Assembly (NCBI RefSeq): GCF_009914755.1
Contig: NC_060934.1
Direction: 5' to 3' (one strand)
Origin: the human T2T-CHM13v2.0 reference genome, Homo sapiens
DNA length: 64,000 nucleotides
This document shows, piece by piece, positions 41,770 through 53,313 of the stretch; the first letter of the stretch is position 1; the number at the start of each line of letters is the position of its first letter. Below the pieces are notes generated by a model, which made no database searches, was not told the origin of the DNA, and saw only the letters and a list, made by a program, of their open reading frames with translations. The position numbers were made by a program, and so were the translations under genes.

Positions 41770-43447
41770 CTTAATTCCCTCCATGTTGCTAAATCCAATG
41801 GACCTCTCAGTGCATATCTTATTTGGCTTTTTGCTAGTACTATAAACCTTTGTTCACCTCTTCTTTTTCGAAGCACAGTCTTTCCTTGGCTTTAGTGACC
41901 TATGTGGCTTTTGACCACCTCCCTGGCCACTCTTACATCACCATCTCTGTACAGGCTCATCTACATTTACCCAGCTGATCAATGTTGAAACACCTTGGGA
42001 CTCAGCCCAAGGACCTCTCTTCGTCTCGGGCTGTACTTTCTTTCTTGGAGGCCTCATTCACACCCAGGTTTTCATGGGACAGCCACAGTTTGAAAGTACT
42101 CAGGGATGTGTCCTCTGACAACCAGAGAAATATTTGCCTCTGCCTTCTTGACATGTCTCAGACGCCTCAAAGGTCCCTCTTGTTCTTCCTGTGCATGGCC
42201 AGTCCTCCTTCAAGGACCTCTGAGATCTCAGCAAATGGCACTGTCACCCCTACAGGTATGCAAGTCAGAAGCTTGAGTTGGCCGATCTGTTCCACATTCT
42301 ACCTGCCACACTGCCTCAGCATTTCTCAAAGCCATCCACTCTTGTTCTTTACTTCTGTCACCCAAATTCAAACCATATCATGTTCATGGCTTTCATTTTT
42401 AAAATTCTGGACTATTATAGTCCCCAAACTAGTCTTACTTCCATCAGCTTTTGACCCCTTGCAGTCTACTCTGCTTCCTTGAACAGATCTTTGCAAAATA
42501 CAGACAAATCAGGTCATCCTCCTGCTTCAAACCTTGCACTGGCTTAGTCTTGCTTTTAGGGTGACAGGGTTTGGCTGTGGCCCCACCCAAATCTCAACTT
42601 GAATTGTATCTCTCAGAATTCCCACATGTTATGGGAGGGACCCACGGGGAGGTAATTGAATGATGGGGCCCCGTCTTTCCCATGCTCTTCTCGTGATAGT
42701 GAATAAGCCTCATGAGATCTGATGGTTTTATCAGGGGTTTCCACTTTTGCTTCCTCCTCATTTTCTCTTGCCGCTGCCATGTAAGAAGTGCCCTTTGCCT
42801 CCCACCATGATTCTGAGGCCTCCCCAGCCATGTGGAACTGTAAGTCGAATTAAATCTCTTTTTCTTCCCAGTCTCAGGTATGTCTTTATCAGCAGCATCA
42901 AAATGGACTAATACATAGGGTAAAGAGTGTATTCACTACCATAGCCTGCACCACCATGCTTCACCTCATCCCACTGCCTACAGCCCAGCTCCATCTTATA
43001 CCATCAGCATCCCTGTCCCTACCCCCTACTCATCTACTTTTTAGTCCCTCTGAAGTGTCATTCTCCATCCACAACGGGCCTTTGTTCATTTTGTTTTTTT
43101 TTCTCTGCATGCCACATCTGAAATCCCTTCTCTCAGTAACCTAAATCAACTTTGTCCTTCTCATCCTCCAGTTCTTAACTTGTTATCACTTCCCCTGGGC
43201 AGCCTTCCTCCAAGACCAGACCAGATCCTGCTATTTTATGGATCCTCAAAGCAGCCTGTACCTCTCCTTCCTAGCCCTTGTCACCTTTGTGATTTAACAT
43301 GTCTTTATGTGTTATTTTGCTTCTCTGCTTCCTTAAATAAGCTCCTCAGGACAGGGACCGTATCTTTTTTGCTCATCATTGATATCCTTAGCACCCAGCA
43401 TAATGCTTGGACGAAGTCCGTACTCAATACCCATCTACTGAATGGAA
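41770..43447 (+). mobile_element. L2 LINE interrupted by THE1
   Basis: CCATGTTGCTAAATCCAATGGAC..TCATCCTCCTGCTTCAAACCTT..AAGCTCCTCAGGACAGGGACCGTATC..TACTCAATAC..ACTGAATG. Confidence 0.8.
42562..42915 (+). mobile_element. THE1 (B/C-type) MaLR solo LTR
   Basis: TGA..GGTTTGGCTGTG.CCCCACCCAAATCTCA..CCCCAGCCATGTGGAACTGTAAGTC..GGACTAATACA; 5-bp TSD TAGGG (42557-42561 / 42916-42920). Confidence 0.95.
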
Positions 43448-43849
43448 AAGACTTTGGCAGAAGAAAATGAAGTCAACCACTTGCTCCTCAGACCTGGGTC
43501 GAGCAAGCCACCACACCTAAATGTTCAAGTTAGAATCAAGAAAGTTCATTTGAAAGTCATGATTCAGGTTTCCAGCATAAATTATATGCAGTTGTGCAAA
43601 CATGTCAAAGTTTAGTAAATTGAATTTGTTTAATGTAAACAACTTTTGACCAAAATAATAACACAGCTTTAGAAAAAGACATTAGGCACCCACTTTTGAA
43701 GAGTTTGTATAATTTAACACACAAGAAAACTTTACTGTAATTATATGCAGACGTATACAAAGGATAAATGTTATTTACTTGCTCCACCCTCCATAAAATA
43801 AACCTCCAACCATGCTTCAGCTTGCTGCATTAATCCTAATTTAGAAATC

Positions 43850-44790
43850 ACCCCCGCCGAAATGGGGGTGGGGGGGGCGCATGGTGGGCTCTCATCTTTT
43901 CTTCGCGTCAAAATTAGCCGTTTAAATTAGAACCACGTTGGGAGCGTAGGTGACGCCAACGTTGCGGCACCAGTCCGGGGAGCACTTAAAAGTAGCCACC
44001 TGAAGTTAATTAAAACCTTACCTGTCAAACCCAGTATGGCTACATTTGAAAATCTTTAATGTAATTAAGAGAAGCACATTATGGGAGGTCAAGTGACTTT
44101 CTTTTTGAATTCCACTTCTAATCTGTCGTCAAATGGATGGAAATTGCCGGCCGAGGGAGTTAATGAAAGCTGCATGAGCGAGCAAGGGAGCAGGAGGAGG
44201 GGCTGGCAGCCTGGAGGAGCTGGCGGGAGGGCGGACGGGGACCCCTGTCTCCTTCTAGCGGCGAGGAATGAGCCTGGGGGAGCCCCACCGGGCAACTTCC
44301 CTTCTGCCAGGAGGCTCTGGGTGGGGGGTTCATTCAGCCCCTCTCCCTGAGCACACTGGGGGCATGCAGGAGCAGGGTATGGGGCGTCTGCGCAGCTCCC
44401 TGCTTATCGCTAAGTGAGATCTGTGGCCAGGACGGCGGGGCCTGGACAGAGTGGAGCCGGCGCCGGCCCTCGTCACCCTTCACTCAGAGCCGCCTGATTA
44501 GCATCAGGGTTCCGCTCGCCTCTTGCACGGATCCCCCAAAGAGCCGGTGGGGAGGGGGGCGCTTCCACGCGGAGCCTCAGCTGTGCAGCGCCTGACCCCA
44601 AGCCCGTCAGGGGGAAGGTCTCCCAGGTCCGCAGCCTTCAGCACCCTGGATCTGGGGAAGCCCCAAGAGGCCCTGGTACTGCCCTGGATTTTCTTCTGGG
44701 CATGTGGGCTTCTGGGCCACTAAACCCATCTCCTACTGCACTAGGTAGGTCCGGCTCCGGAGCCCCCAGTGCAATCTTAATGCCAGAACG
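43850..44790. promoter_or_regulatory. CpG island, non-Alu, no coding exon recognised
   Basis: The only sustained non-repeat CpG/GC-rich stretch in the window (e.g. TTCGCGTC, GCCGGCCGAG, GGAGCCGGCGCCGGCCCTCG); GC box GAGGGCGGA at ~44227; homeodomain TAAT motifs on the 5' side. Confidence 0.8.
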
Positions 44791-46069
44791 CTGCCTTTTG
44801 GAGATTAAATCACTTAATGCTTTGCTGTGTGTTCTAGCCTGAGGGTGCTGTTGACAGAAGGCAGAGTTTTTCTCCTCTGGTTGCTGCTTCTCTCTCTCTT
44901 TTTTCTTTTTGCATTGCGTTTGTCTGTATCAGCAGAGGTATCTGTGTTTGAAAAAGGATTAACTCCCTCAGAATGTTGCCACTTAAGTTTTGCCCCTGCC
45001 TTGGAAACTGACATGAGAATAAACAACATATTAAGTCTTCACAGAACACTGGTACCAAGAAGTTTCCAAACCAGAGGACTTAACCTCCTTAATCCAGGCC
45101 TTTTCCCTTTGACTTCCTCCTGTTAGTCCGAGCATGGGCAGAAGGCATCAGTGGGGAGAGGAGTGTAAATCTTCTAGTTTGGAAATCTCTTCCATACTCC
45201 ATGGAAAACATTGGGTGTCTCCTGTGGGGCCAGTGTGGTGAGTTACTTGGAACAGAATGGGCAATCAAGTAGGCGTTGAAATATTCAGAAGCATCTCATA
45301 GTGTCTTAGAAGATCCAAGACCTAGCCCGATGGGTCTTCTCTGTTATTAGAATTGTGTGGAAGGGTGGCAGATGCAGTTGAGGGGATGGGATGCTGAGAG
45401 ACAAGGCATTTATTAAAACGACCTCTAGAGACTTTTTTTTTTCCACTGGGCTTGAATTTCTTGGGCTTGGAGAGTTGTCACTACCCCATATGAAAAATGG
45501 AAGAGATGAGTGAGAGGAAAGAAGATGAGGGGGGAAAAAACCAACCTGAGAGTGGTTTAAAATCAGAACAGAGTGTTGGTGAGAGTCAGTTTCCAAGGGT
45601 CGCCTCTTCATGCTGTATTGCTTTTTCTTGACCAATGAAAAGCCCCCTTTTTCAGATTTCCCCCCATTTCTCATCCATAGCAGAAAGGGCAGTGCTTCTA
45701 GAAATTGAGATGTGTCTCCAGGTAAAAGCCACACAAGGCAGTGGGAAGGGATGTGGCTGTCCCCAGCCTCCATTTGATGCCGCGTTTCTCTCCCAGCCAC
45801 AAGTTCACAGGTAAAAGTGAAAAGTTGCTCTGGACGTCCCTTCCAAAGAGAGCTGTCTGCTCGCCATGGCAACCTTTTCCTGGGGTCTCTGGCTGTCAAG
45901 AACGGGGTGCAAAGTTCACAGAGCTCAGCATTGTGCCCTCCTCTCTTCTTGTCCCTTTTTTCCTGAAGGGATCGAGGTTGGTTTGCAGCACAGTTTAAAG
46001 CGAAGATGCCAAATGAAAAGTTCCTCGTTTTAAGTTGGTGCTTATACAAAGCTGCTTTGTGGTTTTTTT

Positions 46070-46380
46070 CGGCCTGTCAGACTTGTCAGGCCTAGTAAGA
46101 AAAAGTATATTGTTTCCAGCACTTGGATTCCTTTCTCCCTGACATCTGCCACTCTGTAAAGATGATAAATTCCTGCCTCATTAGCCAAGGGTGTGGGATT
46201 ACAGGCTGACAACACATTAATCACCAGCCTCTGTGGCAGGCTGACTAGCAATAGGCATTGTTAACAAAACTTTTCTAATATGTCACTCTTCTCTATGACA
46301 GCCTGTAATCAATCATTGTGATTGACGGCGCTGATAGATTACACTATTTATACTTTGTGTAATGAAAGATAGTGTTTCCA
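46070..46380. promoter_or_regulatory. candidate developmental enhancer (PBX-HOX + MEIS/PREP motif cluster)
   Basis: Four TGATNNAT (46163+, 46216-, 46308-, 46332+), TGATTGAC (46319) and several TGACA/TGTCA in ~300 bp of non-repeat DNA. Confidence 0.65.
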
Positions 46381-48385
46381 CCTACTGTCATTTCTGGGCT
46401 AGTGGTAGAGGATCAGTAAATGGAAACAAACATAACAACAGGGCAAGCCCTCATTCACCCCAAAATATCCATAGAACTACCCCACCTTCCCAAGTCCTAG
46501 GCTTGGCTTCCACTTTTGGAAGTGAAAAAGGGCCCATCCTGGAACTCTGGCAATCATTCTGGGATGAGGGGTAGTGGTGGGGGCACCTGGAAGGACAGAG
46601 GTAATTTGGATTTTCACAGAGAGAGCTCTTTGCAAAGGATACGATCCCAGGTATTGATAGGTCGAGTTTACATAGGTAGGAGAGTCCCCAAGCAGCCCCT
46701 TTCCTTCCCCTCATCAGCTTACGTGTGTGCAGCTGAGCGTTGAGTGCCTCCTCCCCTGCCAGATGAGAGATGATTTAGATGTTGATAAAATATTTGTTCT
46801 TTCCTGGCTCTGAGGGCAAATATTATCTTTGTTTCCCATAATCGTAAGGCGCTGCAAAAGTCAACAGCACCCAGAGCAAGTACAAAACCAACACTCGGAG
46901 AGAAGCCCTTTCTGGAGGCCTTTGCCAGGGCTTGCTTGTCCCCCCTGAAGCTCAGAAAATTTCAAACAGGATACGAATGAATCAGCTGAGCTGAAATGTG
47001 TTCTGACTCTCACATCCTCGGTATTTTTGGAGGGTCCTTTCAGTCATTTTTATTTTGGTCTGGAAAGCATTCGTAAAGGATACAAGCTGTTTTTGCTTTG
47101 CTGGAAGTTATTATTTCAATAGAGTGACAAGGAGGCTCCTGGGCTAGCATCCTAAGAGGGGAGCATCTTTCCTCGTGTTGGGGCCATTTCCAGGCAATTT
47201 GGCCACAAGTGCCTGTTTTAATGAATCACTTTAAAAATGATTGTGGTATTTAATTTTCCTTACTATTGATTAAACACAAGAAAATACTCCTTTATTACTT
47301 CTTTAAGGTGGTTAGGGAGATTGCTCATAGGTATATAAATCTTCATTTGACTCTTCAGTACAAGCACAGACGTGCGATTCCCTGCCTTCCCATTCAATGC
47401 ATTTTTGATCTTTGCATCTCTGCATTATATGTGGATTGGCGAGGCCAAGAGAGGAGAGTAGTAAGGAAGCAGAGTCGTCGTCCTCCTCCTGAACGCTGTG
47501 GTGTTGATAGGCATCAGACACTTTAGGTCACCCTGCCAGTTGGCAAAGCAAAAGGAACCTGAGACCTACCCCTAGTGAAATTGCCTTAGAGGCGGATGAG
47601 ATGGGAGGAGGTGCAGGGAGACAGGGAGCTAAACTTTAATCTCTCTGTGAAGTTTGAGTGAGCCCAGGATGATTAATGAGAGAGCAGACCATCTGATTAA
47701 GCCCCTCTGTGTCATAGAACATGATTAGTAGGTGACAGAGATGGTAACAGTATCCAGCCAAACCCTTGTTTCTTTCACGGCTCCGGCTGTTATATGATTA
47801 ATGTCCCCAAGGGCTATCTTGGGGTCAGGCAGGGGAACCTGTCAGAACAGGTGGAAGTGACAAAATGGGCAGAAACTCCTAAGGGGGACTGGAGTGGTGA
47901 GGGAGAAAATGGAGGGGGCAGGGCAGCCAGATGGAGCCGGCGACCTTTCTCTGATCCAAGCAGGCACAGAGATCATCGTGGGAATGGAAACGAGGAAGAA
48001 TCACAAAACTGCAGATGTTTCCCAGGTCCTCAATGCATCAAGTACTGCCAGCTCAGACTTGTGGGAAGCACAGTGTGACACGGCGCGTTATCACTCGTGG
48101 TTTATGTTCTGAGATGGAATGGGATGGGGCCACTGCAGGCCCTGTGGGTATGAATGTGGGATGCCCGCACCTGTGCCTGTGTAAGCATGAGTGTTTGTGC
48201 AGGTACACTAGGACAAGTGCTCCACTCTGCTGGGGGATTAAGTATGTATCAAACGGGTAGAGCTGATATTTCAATTTACTGCTTTCTGGGGCCAACACCT
48301 ATACATTGTCTTGACTGTGCTACTTAGAAAAGATAATATGGGAAAATAACATGGATTTACAGAATTGAAAGTTTTAATTCTGTAA

Positions 48386-48545
48386 ATTTACAGAATCAAA
48401 AGGTTTTTAGATTTAAAGTGAACTGTAGAAATCCCTAATTCAGATAATCCAGATTACAGGTGAGAAATCTGAGGTTCAGAGAAGGTAATGACTTGCCCAG
48501 TGGAAGTCAAGACTAGAACCCCAGGCTTCCTATTTCCGGTTTCAT
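48386..48545 (-). mobile_element. MIR/MIR3 SINE
   Basis: TTACAGGTGAGAAATCTGAGGTTCAGAGAAGGTAATGACTTGCCCA. Confidence 0.7.
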
Positions 48546-48729
48546 ATACTAAACCCTTGATGAGTCTGTTGGTAGGAAGCCTCAGACCTTTTCATTAGAT
48601 GTGAGTTTCCCAGCAAGACTTGAGTCTTTACTCTCCTTATCATATTCCCTCTTTCCCTTCCTAGAAGCACTTTGACCTCCCGGTCAAAGGTTTAAACCTC
48701 AGTTGAAATGGAGTCTCATTAAGTCCTTT

Positions 48730-49060
48730 TGGGCAAGCAGCCTTCCCAGATGTCAACTTTGAGAGGAGACTATGCTCTCAAGGCAGCCATTTTGATTGAC
48801 AGGAGTCCTGAGGGTAGCCATTTTTACATTAAAGGGAAACTGGTTTGTATTGAGTTTCATCTGGTGAGCCTGGCTTCTCTTCTTCCACCTTTGATGCCCT
48901 ATGTGTCTGTTACATACATTCAAGAGTCATTCCCGGGCTCTAATGGGGTCTGGGAGAACTTTCATCTCAGCCATTTTCCAGGGCTCTCTTGGGTAACCAG
49001 TTTCCCTTTGTTATTCACGTCTATCCAATAACTCTTGCTCTTATGTTCACACAATAATAA
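48730..49060 (-). mobile_element. L3 (CR1) 3' fragment
   Basis: CTCTCAAGGCAGCCATTTTGATTGACAG resembles the reverse L3 tail; degenerate. Confidence 0.45.
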
Positions 49061-52000
49061 TAATAACTGGGTTAGAACCTGGGCTGGGCAGTGACCAGCC
49101 CCCTACATCTGCTTGATCTCTAATGCAGGAGTTTACAAATTGGAAATCTTTGCTAGCTAGGAAAAAGATCACCTTGCAGTAGGATTTTATCCATACCAAC
49201 AGTGCTCGTGCTTCAGTGAGTTGCAACTGTGGACTTAATGGCAAAGCTGCACTCAGTGTTATGATCACGAAGGAGGGAGAAGGAAGAATGGAGATTGTAT
49301 TGGATTTTACTAAATTGTGTCAGTGAGGGAGTAAGTTGAATAAGAGACCCAACCAGGGCATATTCATAACTCTGTCTCCTGACAGTGGTTGATTATGTAC
49401 AATTTTGATGTTGATTATCTTTAAATAGCTCTTCTTGTTGTGGGACAAACTGGGAGATCTACCTCACATGAGGGTAAAGTACAAAGGATACTAAAATCTT
49501 CCCAGAGTAGAGTCCCCATGATTCTGTAGCATAGGCTTTGGGGGATCAATTATGGATAAATAAATGTTCATTAGCTTCAGAGCTCTAGTATATGATTTTT
49601 GTCATGGGTTTCACCTCAGCATCATACAGCCTTTCCAGGCCAAGAAGAGAATGACCTAGTGCTCCAAAAACAGTCACTTAAAGACTGGCTCTGTGGCCTT
49701 CGAGTGAGTTATATAAAATACAACCAAGATGAGACTGAGTGCTTTCCATGGTCAAAGGGAATCATCTAGGACCAAACTTTTCTGTGAGCTGATAGAAAAA
49801 TTTGAGCAAACTTTGGCAGACTGATCCAAGAAGATACTTAGCCTTTACTGTAGTATTCAGGATATTGTCAGACATTCTGGTGTAGTGTGGTGGTGGTGAA
49901 GTGGTGATATGTTTTAGTACAGAGTTCATTGGTTGCTTTGGAGGATCATGAAGTGCTTGTGCCTTTCCCCTATTGCTATATAGGCTGAGATGCCAAAAAT
50001 TCAGGCTTTCATAACCCACAATAAAACCTCATCTTTTCCAAGATGTTGACCCATTCCCTCTGTGCACACTGCTTTATGGTAGAGACTTCCTGGTAGAGCC
50101 ATGCTGTTGTGGAGGTGACTCCCAGCTTTGCTTTTAGTAGGCCCTAAGGATACTTTGGGGTGTCACCATGACTCACTGGTAAAATTTGGGAATCATTTTA
50201 TGAGAGAGGCCACAAGCAAATGGTGACTAATGATACAGTACTGAAGTTTGTGAATGATGTACATTCATGTAAATTAGACCAGATTCACTTTGGCTGCCTT
50301 CCTCTGTAATTTCTTGAGCAGAGAGAGAGGAGTGGAGTTAATTAACTTAGGGAGAATCACATCTCACCTTAAGGGAGCCCTTGGGAGTGGGTTGGGCTCT
50401 ATAAAATCATCCTCCAAGCACTTGGGCAGAGACATGTTTGAGAACTTCTATATTAAGATATAGTGTGCTAATGTTATTACCCAATCAGAGTGTGTGACAA
50501 ATAGTTTAATGAAGAACAGCAAATGTTCTGGGTAGCAGGTATTCCTTTACTTAAAGGCGAAGATGAGCTATATTTAAAATTCAGGAAATGCAAACTTAGG
50601 TCCATTTGAGGCTAATACATACACAAGATTCTGCCTTTTCATGACAGAGGAAAACATAAGAAAAATGTAGAGTGCAGGAGACATTCATTTATCTTGGAGG
50701 AGAAGACCATTCTGTGGCCCCATCAGCCTGGACTCCCAAGCCCAGGGTACCAAGCCCTCTTACTCCCTTTTGCATTAAAAACATCACAATCATATCTTTT
50801 TTATCCTGTTATTTATTTTTGAGACTCTGAAAATGGATTTCTTTTGTGGGTGGTTGTTTAAAGAAACCAGCACAGAAAAATCAGCCTGTGCAAATACACT
50901 TTTTTTTTTTTTTTTTTTTTTTGAGCAGTGATTTTCTTTTTGTAGTTCGGAACTTGAGGCGAATGAAGGTCTCCCTGGTGCCCTGGTAGCTGCAGCCCCT
51001 CTTTTAGCATTTTTTCAAAGGGCGCAGGCCAATCTGCCCATAATGAGCTTGGAAAGTGAGGATGAAGTTCCTGATAATATGACACAAATTTCTTTACTTT
51101 TGCTCCTTATTTTATCTTAATTAGTCCCTGTAGAAAGGATTGATTTTTGAGAGGCTTGTAGTGAACATCTGTTGGTATTCCTGGGGTCATTCTTAGCCTG
51201 TCCTGTGTTTGACATTTCTTGTAAAAGAGGAGGCATTTGTTCATATTGACATTAGCTGCCTCTGTATCTCTCGGTGGTACAGATGGTCTGTGAATAAAGA
51301 CATCAAGCTAATAGGCAAGATGACAAGCTTCAATGGAGCCAAGGCTCCTCACACTTAAATGGCAGGGCAGCATAGATTGCTTCTGCTGCTGAGGCTGGGG
51401 TCTGTGGGTAGCAAAGCGTATGGAATAAGTTAAAAATGAAGAGGGAACCTGGAAAATGACTAGAAATCTCTCCCTGAAACTGCAGGGGCTTTTTATTACT
51501 GTTTTCATTATTATTACTGGTCCATATAGTATGTCAAGCTTCCAAGATGTCCAGGGTCAGGGAGAGAAAGTGAAAACTGGGTTTTCTGCCCATCCTGTGA
51601 CCATACATTTCTGTCAAATGGGCATGCTAATCTCAGAAGGGAGCTATTGTTCTCACTTTCTGGGGAAGTACATTCATGTTCCTCCTTCCATCAGAGGACA
51701 GTCACTCTTAAGTCTAGAGGCTGATTCCCCCCAAACCCATGAAACCATGTTTTCCCAAGGGACTTCCAGGAAAGCAGCACTCTGGAACTTTGTAATTCTG
51801 TACATTCCTGAGGTTCTGGGCTTTCTCCAAAATGCATGTCCCAGTTTGGTATAATAATTCGTCATGGCTTTGGCATGATGAATCTCAATTTATGTCCATT
51901 TATATTTTAATCATGAACCAGCTATTAAGACAAAGAGGTTTTTCAGTTGATTCTTACCAATGTGAAATGCCATATCTTATGTTACCTAGTTCAAGTCTGA

Positions 52001-52250
52001 AGGGGAGCCTCCCAGTTCTGGTGTTGGGTGGATAAGCCCCCCATTTGTTAGGGTCTTTTTATCAGTTTCTGTTGTATTCTTGCAGCTTCTATCTTCCCAG
52101 ATGCTGGAATCCTCATATAGAGCAGCCCCCTTTGACTCAATTACCTGTATAGCTTTTCTTACCTTCTCCTGGACTCTCTTTGTATCTACTATACATTCTT
52201 TATTTTCCATTTGTACATTGGTGACATGTCTACAGGTATGTGTTGATTTT

Positions 52251-52553
<303 letters not shown>

Positions 52554-52884
52554 TGATTTTTAATTTTCATACTGCGCCATGCTTCATGGATGGTTTGAGG
52601 TAGCTTATAAGAATAAAAACTATAAAACAACAACAAAAATAGGATCTTACCAGTATATTGGAAAATATTTAAAAATGGGATGATAGCATAAGAAATGCTG
52701 TTTGATGATAGAAAGACCAAAACAGTATGTGCTGATCCTCTTAGGTTGGTGCAGATTAGGATTATTTTGAGCTTGTACATACCAAGGACTTGAATCAAGA
52801 CCAATAGCTTTATGTGAGTGAGGTAAAATTAGCTCTGGAACTGGGTAGGTAGATAAAAACAATTTGTTTCTTGGTTGATTGTTC

Positions 52885-53089
52885 TTTTTTTTTTTTTTTT
52901 TCCAAAGAGACGGAGTCTCGCTGTGTCATCCAGGCTGGAGTGCAGTGGCGTGATCTTGGCTCACTGCAAGCTCTGACTCCCAGGTTGACGCCATTCTCCT
53001 GCCTCAGTCTCCCGAGTAGCTGGGACTACAGGTGCCCGCCACCACGCCTGGCTAATTTTTGTATTTTTAGTGGAGATGGGGTTTCACCG
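52885..53089 (-). mobile_element. 5'-truncated AluY
   Basis: CTGCAAGCTC and ACGCCATTCTCC (Y diagnostics); ends within the left arm at GGGGTTTCACCG; degenerate TSD GATTG(TT)CTTTTT. Confidence 0.9.
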
Positions 53090-53239
53090 GATTGCTTTTT
53101 CTTTATCTTAGACATTAGTTGATATTGAAATGTTTGTATGTGTTCCTCACACCACCCGCACGTAGGATCTCAATTTGCCAGCTCTAGGAAATGGGAGAGA
53201 CCTATCTAATAGGTATCTAGTATCTTCAAGAAGGAGGAG

Positions 53240-53313
53240 GAGCTATGGAGGAGAAGGTGATAGGGAGAGAACAGGGGTGAGTAGAAAGAAAGAGGAAGGA
53301 GAGGAGAAAGGAG
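53240..53313. repeat. GA-rich low-complexity tract
   Basis: Purine-rich run GGAGGAGAAGG...AGAAAGAAAGAGGAAGGAGAGGAGAAAGG. Confidence 0.7.

Noticed and set aside
45306-46049. 247-aa minus-strand ORF
   Set aside because: Starts at TTG rather than ATG, has no recognisable domain and no splice context; consistent with a chance ORF
46195-46206. GGGATTACAGGC matches antisense Alu
   Set aside because: Only 12 nt with no flanking Alu similarity; better explained as part of the local inverted module
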